Under the pieces are notes generated by a model. It made no database searches. It saw nothing but the letters and a program-made list of their open reading frames with translations, and was not told the origin of the DNA. 64,000 nt of DNA from an uncultured Thermodesulfobacteriota bacterium. Its GTDB lineage: Bacteria; Desulfobacterota; Desulfarculia; G963662305. The stretch lies in the NCBI GenBank assembly GCA_964634465.1, contig CAZWLY010000004.1, positions 160,683 to 224,682 on the forward strand. Reading direction: 5' to 3'. Positions 37,115 through 47,449 of the stretch are shown here, piece by piece. How positions within the stretch are numbered: the first letter of the stretch is position 1; each line of letters begins with the position of its first letter. Both the position numbers and the translations under genes were made by a program.

Positions 37115-38470
37115 CTAGGCTCCCGCTTTCGGCGAACCGCAGACCTCGACGAGCACCTCGCGGAAAATTTCCAGACAGACCTGAATCTCGTCCGAAGACA
37201 CGCTCAGGGCCGGGCAGAAGCGGACGGTGTTCTGGCCGCAGCCCAGCAGCAGCAGGCCCTTCTCGAAGGCCCGGGCGATGACCTGGCCCTGCCAGTCCGA
37301 GGCCCGCTCCTTGCTCTCCCGATCCTTGACCAGCTCGGCGCCGACCATCAGCCCCTTGCCGCGCACGTCGCCCAGGCACTCGAACTCGGCCTGGAGTTCC
37401 CTCAAGCCCTTCATCAGCTCCTCGCCCCGCTCGGCCGCGTTTTCGACCAAACCCCGCTCCAGAAGGTCGATCGTGGCCAGCGCCGCGGCGCAGCAGACCG
37501 GGTTGCCGCCGAAGGTGGAGGCGTGGGAGCCGGCCTCCCAGGTCATCAACTCGGCCCAGGCGACCATCGCCCCCAGCGGCATGCCCGAGGCGATGCCCTT
37601 GGCCAGGGCGATGATGTCCGGCTCGACTCCGAAATGCTCGCTGGCGAACATCCGACCCGTCCGGCCCATGCCCGATTGAACCTCGTCGGCCACGTAGAGG
37701 ATGCCGTAACGGCCGATGATCTCCTTCAACCGCGGGTGGAACTCCGGCGGCGGGACGATGTAGCCGCCCTCGCCCTGGATCGGCTCGACGAAGACGGCGG
37801 CCACCTCCTCGGGCGGCATGATCGTCTTAAACAGCGTCTCCTCGATCCACCTGACGCACTCCAGTTCGCAGGAGGGATAGTCGAGGTTGTAGGGGCAGCG
37901 GTAGCAATAGGGGTAGGGCACGTGGGTGATGCCCGGCACCAGTGGATTGTAGTGCTTCTTCTGGATCGCCTTGGAGGCGGTCAGCGACAGGGCGCCCATG
38001 GTCCGGCCGTGGAAGGCGCCGAAGAAGGCGATGTTCAACTCCCGCTGGGTCCGCCAGCGGGCCAGCTTGAAGGCCGCCTCGACCGCCTCGGCGCCGGAGT
38101 TGGCGAAGAACACCTTCCGGGCGCCCTCGCCGGGCGAGATGGCGTTGAGCTTCTCGGCCAGGAGCATCTGGGGGGTGTAGTAGAAATCGGTGCCGGACAT
38201 ATGCAACAGCTTGCCGGCCTGATCCCTGATCGCCTCCACCACCTCGGGGTGGCAGTGGCCGGTGGCGGTCACGGCGATACCCGAGGTGAAGTCCAGAAAG
38301 ACGTTGCCGTCCGGGTCTTCGATCCACAGGCCTTCCCCTCGGGCGGCGACCAGGGGATAAGCCCTGGTGTAAGAAGGCGAAATGTAGCGTCCGTCCAGCT
38401 CGATCCAGCGACTGGCTTTCTCTCCGGGCACCTTCCCGGCGACGATCGGTCTCCGCATGATAACCTCCAA
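37115..38470 (-). CDS. Class III pyridoxal-phosphate aminotransferase (acetylornithine/4-aminobutyrate aminotransferase family)
   Basis: FTSGIAVTATGHCHPEVVEA, YVADEVQSGMGRTGRMFA, and the PLP-lysine region IIALAKGIASGMPLG are class III aminotransferase signatures. Confidence 0.8.
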   Translation of the reverse strand: MEVIMRRPIVAGKVPGEKASRWIELDGRYISPSYTRAYPLVAARGEGLWIEDPDGNVFLDFTSGIAVTATGHCHPEVVEAIRDQAGKLLHMSGTDFYYTPQMLLAEKLNAISPGEGARKVFFANSGAEAVEAAFKLARWRTQRELNIAFFGAFHGRTMGALSLTASKAIQKKHYNPLVPGITHVPYPYCYRCPYNLDYPSCELECVRWIEETLFKTIMPPEEVAAVFVEPIQGEGGYIVPPPEFHPRLKEIIGRYGILYVADEVQSGMGRTGRMFASEHFGVEPDIIALAKGIASGMPLGAMVAWAELMTWEAGSHASTFGGNPVCCAAALATIDLLERGLVENAAERGEELMKGLRELQAEFECLGDVRGKGLMVGAELVKDRESKERASDWQGQVIARAFEKGLLLLGCGQNTVRFCPALSVSSDEIQVCLEIFREVLVEVCGSPKAGA

Positions 38471-38607
38471 CGACTCATGAATGTTCGGAGCATGTCTACC
38501 AGATCGGACCGGGGGAAGTCCAGCGCTATGATCCGGCCGGGTCCGGGGCTTGGAGAGATGTTTTGAATGTGTTATCTTTAAGCCCCTGGTTCGGTTCCGG
38601 AGGGGGC

Positions 38608-39207
38608 ATGAGAACTGAAGGACTGGATTGGCTTCGAATCGCTTTGGCCGCGCCGGCGCCGTTGTTTATCGCCAAAAAAAACGGCGAATTGATCGGCATG
38701 AGCCAGATGTTGTTCGATATCGTTCAAAGCGAGGCCAAGCTCATCGACCACCTGCTGGCCCCTGAATCCAGGTCCGGCGGGCGGTTGGCGGCCAAGGCCG
38801 AGCCGTTCCCGGCCCCGCCGATCAAGGTCTCGGTCACCCTGCCCGACGGCCGGCCGGCGATCATGAGCCTGAGGGCGGTCGAGGACAGCGAGCTGATCGT
38901 CGGCGAAATAAGGCCCAGCGACGATGAAGCGGTCAGCGAGGCCGAGAAGCTGGAAGGGGTCATCCAGATGGCCCGGGCCTTGGGCCACGAGCTCAACCAG
39001 CCGCTGACGGTGATCATGGGTCAGGCGGAGATACTCTTGATGCGCCTCAAGGACGACGAGGGGGCCAAGAGACGTCTGGAGACGATCATCGCCGAGGTGG
39101 AGCGGATGGAGGAACTGACCAGGAAGCTGTCCCGGATCGTTCGCTACAAGACCCAGACCTACGCTGACGGCACGCCCTACCTGGACATCCACAAGTCGGC
39201 CGAATAG
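38608..39207 (+). CDS. Histidine-kinase dimerisation (HisKA) domain protein lacking an ATPase domain
   Basis: MARALGHELNQPLTVIMGQAEILLMRL is a clear H-box / DHp helix. The protein ends about 70 aa later with no HATPase_c motifs. ATG at 38608 is preceded by GGAGGGGG. Confidence 0.5.
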   Translation: MRTEGLDWLRIALAAPAPLFIAKKNGELIGMSQMLFDIVQSEAKLIDHLLAPESRSGGRLAAKAEPFPAPPIKVSVTLPDGRPAIMSLRAVEDSELIVGEIRPSDDEAVSEAEKLEGVIQMARALGHELNQPLTVIMGQAEILLMRLKDDEGAKRRLETIIAEVERMEELTRKLSRIVRYKTQTYADGTPYLDIHKSAE

Positions 39208-39214
39208 CCTCGCC

Positions 39215-40339
39215 TCAGCCGATGTATCGCCGCGGATTGAACCCGCCCAAGGTGCAAAGCAACTCGTAGGAGATACTCCCGGCCGCCTCGGCCACCTCCT
39301 CGGCCCGTAACACCGCCCCCTCCTGCCGGCCCAGGGCGACGACCACGTCGCCGACCTCGACCCCTTCGAGACCGGTGATGTCCAGCATGGTCAAATTCAT
39401 GCACACCCGGCCGATGATCGGCGCCCGCCGGCCGTTGGCCAGCATCGAACCCCGGTTGGAAAGCCGGCGGGACAGGCCGTGGCCGTATCCCAGCGGGACC
39501 ACGCCGATCCGGATCGGCGTTGGGGCCCGGTAGGTCAAGCCGTAGCTCACCCCCCGGCCGGCCTCCACCTCCCGAATCTGGATCAGCCTGGTTTTCAGGG
39601 TCATCACCGGCTCCAGCTCGGGCTTGTTGTGGAGCCCGTCGCCGGGCAGGCAGCCGTAGAGCATGATCCCCGGCCGGACCAGGTCGAAACGGGCCTGGGG
39701 CAGGTCGATCAGCCCGGCCGAGTTGGCCAGGGAGTTGAGGTCCAACTCCAGCCCGATATCACCGGCCAGGCCCAAAGCGGCCTTGAAGCGTTCGATCTGT
39801 TGTTCGGCGGCGGTCTTGTCCGCCTCGTCGGCCGTGGCCAGGTGCGAGGCCAACCCCCTGACCGCCAGGCCGTCCAGTTCCTTGAGCCGCCTCAAGACCT
39901 CGCCCAAGCCGTCGAGATCGAAACCCAGTCTGGTCATGCCGGTGTCGATCTTGATCAGGACCTGGGCCCGGCGGCCCAGATTCCGGGCCGCTGCGGCCAG
40001 CGCTTCGGCCGTCTCCAGGTCGAAGACGAAGGGCAGGGCCTTCAGCCGGACCGCCTGCGCGGCCTCCCGGGGCAGGAGGCCGGCCAGCACCGCCACCGGC
40101 AGGCCGACCCCGGCCCGGCGCAGCTCTTCCACCTCGTCGAGACGGGCGACGCCCAGGTATTCGGCCCCCTCGGCCGCCAGCCGCCGGGCGGCCGGAATGA
40201 GGCCATGCCCGTAGGCGTCGGCCTTGACCACCCCCATCACCCGCACTCCCGCCCCGGCCAGCCGCCGGGCCAGCCGGAAGTTGGCGCTGAGGGCCCCGAG
40301 ATCAATGACCGCCTGGCGGTCCAGAAAATCGTCGTTCAT
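39215..40339 (-). CDS. alr: Alanine racemase
   Basis: VVKADAYGHG PLP-binding signature near the N-terminus; 374 aa with typical Alr architecture. Confidence 0.85.
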   Translation of the reverse strand: MNDDFLDRQAVIDLGALSANFRLARRLAGAGVRVMGVVKADAYGHGLIPAARRLAAEGAEYLGVARLDEVEELRRAGVGLPVAVLAGLLPREAAQAVRLKALPFVFDLETAEALAAAARNLGRRAQVLIKIDTGMTRLGFDLDGLGEVLRRLKELDGLAVRGLASHLATADEADKTAAEQQIERFKAALGLAGDIGLELDLNSLANSAGLIDLPQARFDLVRPGIMLYGCLPGDGLHNKPELEPVMTLKTRLIQIREVEAGRGVSYGLTYRAPTPIRIGVVPLGYGHGLSRRLSNRGSMLANGRRAPIIGRVCMNLTMLDITGLEGVEVGDVVVALGRQEGAVLRAEEVAEAAGSISYELLCTLGGFNPRRYIG

Positions 40340-40349
40340 CTCTCTTCAC

Positions 40350-41696
40350 TCAACCGGCCACGTCCAGCCGTCCGATGGTCAGGCTCGGTGAACCGACCCG
40401 CCCCAGGAACCTCAGGTCGCCGCCGACCACCTCCACCCGGCCGAAGAGATCGACCAGGTTGCCGGAGATGGCCGCGCCCTGAACCGGAAAGCTCTTTCGC
40501 CCGCCTTCGATCCAGTGGCCGGCCGCCCCGAGGGAGAAATCGCCCGAGATGGGATCGGCGGTGTGGAGACCCATCACCTCGGTGATGAAAAATCCGTCGG
40601 CGATGTCGCCGATGAGCTCCTCGACCGTCCCCCGGCCGGGCACGATGTAGAGATTGCTCACCCCGGCCGAGGGCGGGGCCTTGAGCGAGGGCCGGAAGCC
40701 GTTGCCGGTGGAAACCGCCCCGCCGCCCTCACGAGCCGCGGCCAGGCGATCGTAGAGAAAGCCTCTCAACACGCCGCCGGACATCAGCTCGGTCCGCTGC
40801 TGGGGCGTGCCCTCGTCGTCGAAGGGGCTGCTGCCGGCGCCGGCGGGGTAGAGGCCGTCATCGACGATGTCGATCTTCTCCGAAAAAACTTTTCGGCCGA
40901 TCCGACCGGCCAGGAGAGACTTGCCCTTCTGGACGTTTTCGGCCAGGAAGGGCCCGGCCAGAACCGAAAGCAGTTGGGCCGAGGTGACGTTGTCGAAGAC
41001 GACGGGGTAGGGGCCGGTCTTGCCCTTCCTCGCCCCCAACAGTCCGACCGCCTGGGCCGCCGCCCGCCGCCCGCACTCGGCCGCGTCGAGCCGGTCGAAA
41101 AACGGCGAGAAGTCGAAGTCCCAACCCATCTGGCTCTCGTCGCCGTCCTGGACCAGAAGACCCAGGGAGACGTGGCAGCCGGTCCGCCGGCGGTTAAGGT
41201 CCAGCCCCCTGGAGTTCATCAGCCAGGTTTGGGAGACGCTCTCCTCGTACTCGGCCCGACGGACCTTGATCACCCGCCGGTCGAAGGCCAGTGCGGCCGC
41301 CTCCATCTCCAGGGGCTTTTGGGCCTTGGCCGCCTGGTCGATGTCGCTGAGGGCTTCGTCGAAGACGTCCACCTCGGGCAGCTCGTCCGGCCTGTCGGCC
41401 AGGCACTGCTCACCGGCCAGGACCGGCTCCGGCGTCGCCTCCTCGGCCAAGGCGGCGGCCTGTCGCGCCGTCCGCTCGAGGGTGGCGGGCGAGAGATCGA
41501 AGGTGTAGGCCGAACCCGCCTTCTGGTCCTTGAACGCCCGGACGGCCAGGCCGGTCTCCTTGGCGCGGGTCAGAGTCTCGATGGTCCCTTCCTTGGCGCC
41601 GAGGCTGAGCTCCTCGCGCGAGGCGACCATCACCTCCCAACCGTCCAGTCCCAGGCCGGCCAGGATGTCGGCCGCCTGCCGGGCCGCCCGGCGCAT
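40350..41696 (-). CDS. TldD/PmbA-family metalloprotease
   Basis: PmbA/TldD-like sequence throughout (GGAVSTGNGFRPSLKAPPSAGVSNLYIVPG). ATG at 41696 (MRRAARQAADIL) overlaps the stop of the upstream GNAT gene (ATGA). Confidence 0.7.
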   Translation of the reverse strand: MRRAARQAADILAGLGLDGWEVMVASREELSLGAKEGTIETLTRAKETGLAVRAFKDQKAGSAYTFDLSPATLERTARQAAALAEEATPEPVLAGEQCLADRPDELPEVDVFDEALSDIDQAAKAQKPLEMEAAALAFDRRVIKVRRAEYEESVSQTWLMNSRGLDLNRRRTGCHVSLGLLVQDGDESQMGWDFDFSPFFDRLDAAECGRRAAAQAVGLLGARKGKTGPYPVVFDNVTSAQLLSVLAGPFLAENVQKGKSLLAGRIGRKVFSEKIDIVDDGLYPAGAGSSPFDDEGTPQQRTELMSGGVLRGFLYDRLAAAREGGGAVSTGNGFRPSLKAPPSAGVSNLYIVPGRGTVEELIGDIADGFFITEVMGLHTADPISGDFSLGAAGHWIEGGRKSFPVQGAAISGNLVDLFGRVEVVGGDLRFLGRVGSPSLTIGRLDVAG

Positions 41697-42181
41697 CAGG
41701 CTTCCACCTCGTAGATCATCGCCACCTCGTCGCACTCGGGGAACTTGACGCAGTGGACGCAGTCGAACCACACCTTGTGGGGCAGGGCCGACTTGTCCAC
41801 CTCCTTGAAGCCCAGTCGGCCGAAGAAATCGGGCCGGTAGGTCAAGACGAAGACCCGGCGCAACCCCAGCATAACCGCCTCGTCCAGACAGGCGTCGACC
41901 AGCCGGCGGCCGATGCCCCGGCCCCTGAACTCCTCGGCCACCACCAGCGAGCGGACCTCGGCCAGATCCTCCCAGGTGATGTGCAGGCCGCCGACGCCGA
42001 CCAGCCGTCCCTGGGGCGAAATCCAGACGAAGAAGTCCCGCAGCGAGGCGTAGAGATCGGCCCGGGAACGCTGAATGATCTCGCCCCGCTGGCCCGGCTC
42101 GTAGAGCAAGGCGTGCATCGGCTCCACGTCCTGGATCTTGGCTTTGCGCAACGCTCCCGGCGGGTTATCCATGGCGGGCAT
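41696..42181 (-). CDS. GNAT-family N-acetyltransferase
   Basis: Acetyl-CoA binding motif VVAEEFRGRGIGRRLVDACLDEA (Q/RxxGxG/A). Confidence 0.7.
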   Translation of the reverse strand: MPAMDNPPGALRKAKIQDVEPMHALLYEPGQRGEIIQRSRADLYASLRDFFVWISPQGRLVGVGGLHITWEDLAEVRSLVVAEEFRGRGIGRRLVDACLDEAVMLGLRRVFVLTYRPDFFGRLGFKEVDKSALPHKVWFDCVHCVKFPECDEVAMIYEVEA

Positions 42182-42340
42182 AATAGCGCGGCCCCGCCTC
42201 GACGGTCAAGGAACCTCTCTCCGGATCGAGCCGCGCCGGTGACATTGCCGACGGCGCGGCCGCAGCCTTTCCGGCCGGGCAAAGCGATTGACAGGATGAC
42301 CGTCCTTTTTTAAGGTGGAGGATGCTCTACATTTGTCCAC

Positions 42341-42359
42341 GGAAATTGCCTGAATTTCC
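42341..42359. promoter_or_regulatory. Inverted repeat GGAAATT-gcctg-AATTTCC, candidate operator upstream of the beta-oxidation cluster
   Basis: Perfect 7-bp arms with a 5-nt spacer, 19 bp upstream of the first thiolase ATG (42378). A TTGACA sits about 60 bp further upstream. Confidence 0.3.
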
Positions 42360-42377
42360 TGAGATCGAGGTGTATCC

Positions 42378-43556
42378 ATGCGAGAGGTGGTGATCGTCAG
42401 CGCCTGCAGAACCCCCATCGGCGCTTTTGCCGGGAGCCTGAGCACAGTTCCGGCCACGGAGCTGGGCCGGGTGGTGATAGAGGAATCGTTGAACCGGGCC
42501 GGAATCGGCAAGGACGTGGTCGATGAGGTCATCATGGGCTGCGTGCTGCCGGCCGGGCTGGGCCAGAACCCGGCCCGCCAGGCCATGCTCAGGGCCGGTC
42601 TGGATTACATGGTCGGGGCGATTACGGTCAACAAGGTCTGCGGCTCCGGCCTCAAGGCGGTCATGCTGGCCGCCCAGGCGGTGGCCGTGGGCGACGCCGA
42701 CGTCGTCGTCGCCGGCGGACTGGAGAACATGAACCAGGCCCCCTACTACCTGCTCAAAGGTCGAGGCGGGGTCCGCATGGGCCATGACCGGGTGATCGAC
42801 GGGATGATCTGGGACGGGTTGTGGGACCACGTCAACGACTTCCACATGGGCCTGTCGGCCGAGCTGTGCGGCGAGAAGTACGGCGTCAGCCGCCAGGACC
42901 AGGACGAGTTCGCCCACGCCTCCTACGAGAAGGCCCTGGCCGCCCAGGCGGCCGGCAAGTTCAAGGAGGAGATCGTCCCGGTGACGGTCAAGACCAGGAA
43001 GGGCGAGACGGTCTTCGACACCGACGAGGTGCCCGTACCGACGCCGATGGAGACCTTGGCCAAGCTCAGGCCCGCCTTCAAGAAGGACGGCACGGTCACC
43101 GCCGGCAACGCCTCCAAGATCTCCGACGGCGCGGCGGCGGTGGTGGTCATGGCCGCTGAAAAGGCTGAGGAGTTGGGTGTGACTCCCCTGGTGCGCGTCG
43201 GAGCCCAGGGTTCGGCCGGACTGGATCCCAAGTACGTCCTGGTAGCGCCGATCCTGTCCATCCCCAAGGTCTGCGCCAAGGCCGGGCTCAAGCCGACCGA
43301 GATCGACCTTCATGAGATCAACGAGGCCTTCTCCGCCTCCAGCGTGGCCGTCCAGAAAGAACTGGGCCTCGACCCACAAAAAATAAACATCCGGGGCGGC
43401 TCGGTCGCCCTGGGTCATCCCATCGGCGCTTCCGGAGCCAGGGTGCTGACCACCCTGATCTACGCCATGAAGGACGTCGAAGCCAAAACCGGCATGGCCT
43501 CGCTGTGCCTGGGCGGCGGGGAAGCGGTGTCTCTTATTGTCGAATCAGTAGGTTAG
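42378..43556 (+). CDS. Acetyl-CoA C-acetyltransferase (thiolase II)
   Basis: MREVVIVSACRTPIGAFAGSL N-terminus, the active-site Cys region NKVCGSGLKAV, and the C-terminal GGGEAVSLIVE motif. Confidence 0.9.
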   Translation: MREVVIVSACRTPIGAFAGSLSTVPATELGRVVIEESLNRAGIGKDVVDEVIMGCVLPAGLGQNPARQAMLRAGLDYMVGAITVNKVCGSGLKAVMLAAQAVAVGDADVVVAGGLENMNQAPYYLLKGRGGVRMGHDRVIDGMIWDGLWDHVNDFHMGLSAELCGEKYGVSRQDQDEFAHASYEKALAAQAAGKFKEEIVPVTVKTRKGETVFDTDEVPVPTPMETLAKLRPAFKKDGTVTAGNASKISDGAAAVVVMAAEKAEELGVTPLVRVGAQGSAGLDPKYVLVAPILSIPKVCAKAGLKPTEIDLHEINEAFSASSVAVQKELGLDPQKINIRGGSVALGHPIGASGARVLTTLIYAMKDVEAKTGMASLCLGGGEAVSLIVESVG

Positions 43557-43585
43557 CGAAACAGCCTTTGAACAAGGAGTGGTAG

Positions 43586-44761
43586 ATGAGCGATGCAGTC
43601 ATAGTTGGAGCCGCCCGGACGGCGGTGGGTAAATTCGGCGGCGGCCTGACCGACGTCGGCCCGGCCGAACTGGGCCGGGTGGCCCTCACCGAAGCCTTGA
43701 CCAGGGCCCGGATCGAGCCGGAGATGGTCGACGAGGTCATCATGGGCAACGTGCTCTCGGCCGGCTTGGGCCAGAACGTGGCCCGCCAGATATTGATCAA
43801 CTCCGGCATCCCCAACGACCGGACGGCCTTCACCATCAACAAGGTCTGCGCCTCGGGCCTGAAGTCGGTCATGCTGGCCGCCCAGGCGATCAAGTGCGGC
43901 GACGCCGAGGTGGTGGCGGCCGGCGGAGTGGAGAACATGTCGGCCTCGCCCTACCTGGTGCCCAAGGGGCGCTGGGGCCATCGCATGGGTCACGGCGTCT
44001 TGACCGACCACATGATCAAGGACGGTCTCTGGGACGTCTTCAACGACTACCACATGGGCATCACCGCCGAGAACGTGGCCGAAAAGTACGACATCAGCCG
44101 CCAGGCCCAGGACGAGCTGGCCGTCACCAGCCAGAACCGGGCCGAGGCGGCCATCACCTCCGGTCGGTTCAAAGACGAGATCGTGCCGGTGACGATCAAG
44201 ACCCGAAAGGGCGAAACGGTCTTCGACACCGACGAACACCCCCGTTTCGGCACCACCATGGAGAGCGTGGCCAAGGTCCGGCCGGCCTTCAAGAAGGACG
44301 GCACCGTGACCGCGGCCAACGCCTCGGGCATCAACGACGGCGGTGCGGCCCTGGTGGTCATGAGCGAGGCCAAGGCCAAGGAACTTGGGCTTGAGCCCAT
44401 GGTCAAGATCAGATCGTATGCCACGGCCGGCGTCGATCCGAAAATTATGGGTATCGGCCCACACGCTGCCTCGACCAAGGCTCTCGAAAAGGCCGGAATC
44501 GAGGTCTCCGACCTAGATATCATCGAGGCCAACGAGGCCTTCGCCGCCCAGGCCGAAGCGGTCATCCGGCTGATGGGCTTCGATCGCGACATCGTCAACG
44601 TCAACGGCGGGGCCATCGCTCTCGGCCACCCCATCGGCTGCTCCGGGGCCAGGATCTTGATCACGCTGATCTACGAGATGCTCAAGCGAGACGTCAATCT
44701 CGGTCTGGCCACGCTGTGCATCGGCGGCGGCATGGGCGCGGCGATGGTAGTCGAGCGCTAA
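43586..44761 (+). CDS. Acetyl-CoA C-acetyltransferase (thiolase II), tandem paralogue
   Basis: [44 protein letters not shown]. About 60% identical to the upstream thiolase. Confidence 0.9.
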   Translation: MSDAVIVGAARTAVGKFGGGLTDVGPAELGRVALTEALTRARIEPEMVDEVIMGNVLSAGLGQNVARQILINSGIPNDRTAFTINKVCASGLKSVMLAAQAIKCGDAEVVAAGGVENMSASPYLVPKGRWGHRMGHGVLTDHMIKDGLWDVFNDYHMGITAENVAEKYDISRQAQDELAVTSQNRAEAAITSGRFKDEIVPVTIKTRKGETVFDTDEHPRFGTTMESVAKVRPAFKKDGTVTAANASGINDGGAALVVMSEAKAKELGLEPMVKIRSYATAGVDPKIMGIGPHAASTKALEKAGIEVSDLDIIEANEAFAAQAEAVIRLMGFDRDIVNVNGGAIALGHPIGCSGARILITLIYEMLKRDVNLGLATLCIGGGMGAAMVVER

Positions 44762-44770
44762 GGAGGCGAA

Positions 44771-45556
44771 ATGTCTTACGAAAACCTGCTTTTTGAGGTC
44801 ACGGAAGGTATCGCCGTCATCACCTTTAACCGGCCCAAGGCCCTCAACGCCTTGAGCCCGGAGGTGATGAGTGAGTTGGACGCGGCTTTGGATAGAGTCG
44901 CCGCCGATGAGTCGATCAGGGTGGTCATCTTGACCGGAGCCGGCGACAAGGCCTTCGTCGCCGGGGCCGACATCAAGGTCATGTCCGAGTTCACCCCCTT
45001 GGACGCCAAGCGCTTCGCCAGCGCCGGCCAGAAGGTGTTGGACAAACTGGGCGCCATCCCCCAGCCGACCATCGCCTGCGTCAACGGCTACGCCCTGGGC
45101 GGCGGCTGCGAGATCGCGCTGGCCTGCGACTTCATCTACGCCGCCGACACGGCCGTGCTGGGCCAGCCCGAAATAAATCTGGGCATCATGCCAGGTTTCG
45201 GAGGCACCCAGCGCCTGGCCCGCCGGGTCGGCCTGGGGCTGGCCAAGGAGCTGTGCCTTTCCGGCGTCAACATCTCCGCCGAGGAGGCCCTCAGGATCGG
45301 CCTGGTCAACAAGGTCTTCCCCAAGGACGAGCTCATGGCGGCGACGATGAAGACGGCCAAGATCATCGCCGCCAAGGGCCGGGTGGCCTTGCGCGAAATC
45401 AAGACCGTCCTCGAAGAAGGCTTCGATATGGAGTTGAAGAAAGCCTGCGCCATGGAGGTGGATCGGTTCGCCATCTGCTTCACCTCCGAGGACCAGAAGG
45501 AGGGCATGAGCGCCTTCATCGAGAAGCGCCAACCCGAGTTCAAAGGCGGCTATTGA
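44771..45556 (+). CDS. Enoyl-CoA hydratase (crotonase)
   Basis: ITFNRPKALNAL and VNGYALGGGCEIALACDFIYAADTAVLGQPE crotonase-fold signatures. Confidence 0.85.
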   Translation: MSYENLLFEVTEGIAVITFNRPKALNALSPEVMSELDAALDRVAADESIRVVILTGAGDKAFVAGADIKVMSEFTPLDAKRFASAGQKVLDKLGAIPQPTIACVNGYALGGGCEIALACDFIYAADTAVLGQPEINLGIMPGFGGTQRLARRVGLGLAKELCLSGVNISAEEALRIGLVNKVFPKDELMAATMKTAKIIAAKGRVALREIKTVLEEGFDMELKKACAMEVDRFAICFTSEDQKEGMSAFIEKRQPEFKGGY

Positions 45557-45602
45557 AGCTGAATCGACGCTACCGTCCGGGCGGGTTTCGTCCGCCCGGG
45601 CG

Positions 45603-46769
45603 TTGACCGGAGGAACGAGTATGGATTTCGCTCTGAGCGAAGAGCAAAAGATGGTCAAGGAGATGGCCGCCCGGATGGCCGATGAGGTCATCAAGCCCGC
45701 CGCCGCCGAGTTGGACGCCACCCATCGCCATCCCCAGGAGATCTGCGAGCAACTGGGCGAGCTGGGGTTGATGGGCGTGGCCGTGCCCGAGGAGTACGGC
45801 GGGGCCGAGATGGACTACGTATCCTACGTCCTGTCCTTGATCGAGGTCAGCCGGGGCTGCGCCTCCTGCGGGGTGATAATGAGCGTCAACAACTCGCTCT
45901 ACTGCTTTCCCGTCATGACCTTCGGCACCGAAGAGCAGAAGAAGAAGTACCTCACCCCGGTCGCCTCGGGCAAGGCCATGGGCTGCTTCGGCCTGACCGA
46001 AGCCGGGGCCGGCTCCGATCCGGCCGGGATGCGAACCACGGCCGTCCTGGACGGCGACACGTGGGTCTTGAACGGCGAGAAGAAGTTCATCACCAACGGC
46101 AACGTGGCTTCCTACGCCGTTATCGCCGCGGTGACCGACAAGGACAAGGGGTACAAGGGCATCTCGTCGTTCATCGTCGATCTCGAGAACACGCCCGGCT
46201 TCAAGGTCGGTCGGGTCGAGGAGAAGATGGGCATCAGGGCCTCGGGCACCTCGGAGCTCATTTTCGAAGACGCCCGCATTCCCAAGGAGAACCTTCTCGG
46301 CAACGAGGGTGACGGCTTGAAGCAGATGCTGACCACCCTGGACTCGGGCCGGATCGGCATCGCCTCCCAGGCCATCGGCATCGGCCGGGCCATTCTCGAA
46401 GAGGCCGTGGAGTACGCCAAGACCCGGGAACAGTTCGGCAAGCCCATCGCCTCCTTCCAGGCCATCCAGTGGAAGTTGGCCGACATGGCCGCCGAGATCG
46501 ACGCGGCCGAGCTGTTGACCCTGAGGGCGGCCTGGATGGAAGACAACCACATGCACTTCGAGAAAGAGGCGGCCATGGCCAAGATGTACGCTTCGGACGC
46601 GGCCATGCGGGCCGCCGTCGAGGGCGTCCAGGTTCTGGGCGGTTACGGTTACTGCATGGAGTACCCCATGGAGCGGCACATGCGCGACGCCAAGATCACC
46701 CAGATCTACGAGGGCACCAACGAGATCATGCGCCTGGTCATCGCCAGAAACCTCTTGAAAGGACGTTGA
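45603..46769 (+). CDS. Acyl-CoA dehydrogenase (short/butyryl-chain type)
   Basis: ACAD N-terminal, middle and C-terminal domains ([52 protein letters not shown]). Confidence 0.9.
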   Translation: [388 protein letters not shown]

Positions 46770-46772
46770 TAC

Positions 46773-47312
46773 ATGGTCACGGATGAGTCCAGATCGGTCG
46801 GCCGGAAAATCCGCTTGTTGCGCCAGGAAAGAAAGCTCTCGGTGGAGCAACTGGCCGAGCGGACCGGCTGTTCGGCCGAGTACCTGGAGTGGGTCGAAGA
46901 GGGTCAGGTCTTTCCGCCGGTGGCCTTGCTCCTGCGATTGGCTCAGGCGATGCAGCTCGATCGGGGGGCCTTCCTCGATCGCGATGAATCGCCGGAGTCG
47001 CGCCTCGAAGAGGCGGCCAAGCGGGCGGAGCACTACTCGTACCAGACGCTCACTCCGCCCGAGCCCGACAAGCGCCTGATGGCCTTTTCGATCCACATCC
47101 CGCCCCGGACGGCCCACGAGGGCGTCGGCTACAGCCACGAGGGCGAGGAGTACGTCTACGTCCTCTCCGGCCAGGTGGAGCTCACCGTGGGCGAGGACAA
47201 GAGACTGCTGGCCGAAAGAGAGTCTTTTCGTTTCAACTCGAGCATCGATCACCATTTGGCCAACCCCGGCGACGAGGCGGCCGAGTTGCTGGTCGTGCTC
47301 TACGTGCCTTAA
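46773..47312 (+). CDS. XRE-family HTH transcriptional regulator with C-terminal cupin domain
   Basis: HTH RIRLLRQERKLSVEQLAERTGCSAEYLEWVE, followed by a cupin-fold C-terminus (HEGVGYSHEGEEYVYVLSG). 3 bp after the acyl-CoA dehydrogenase stop. Confidence 0.75.
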   Translation: MVTDESRSVGRKIRLLRQERKLSVEQLAERTGCSAEYLEWVEEGQVFPPVALLLRLAQAMQLDRGAFLDRDESPESRLEEAAKRAEHYSYQTLTPPEPDKRLMAFSIHIPPRTAHEGVGYSHEGEEYVYVLSGQVELTVGEDKRLLAERESFRFNSSIDHHLANPGDEAAELLVVLYVP

Positions 47313-47449
47313 GCCCCGAAAGGGTATCTGACGGCCCCGCCCGCCAGCCGCCGCGGACGGGCGGAGCCGAGAGAGTCGGGTTTGTTTGACAACCAAAGCC
47401 AGGCGGCGCAGAGCCCCAGGCGGAAGCCGGGGAGCAGAGGAGCCGGACA

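Noticed and set aside
42923-45543. Various minus-strand ORFs across the thiolase, crotonase and acyl-CoA dehydrogenase genes (for example 43553..44464, 44513..45721, 45570..47474)
   Set aside because: Antisense to genes with unambiguous enzyme signatures.
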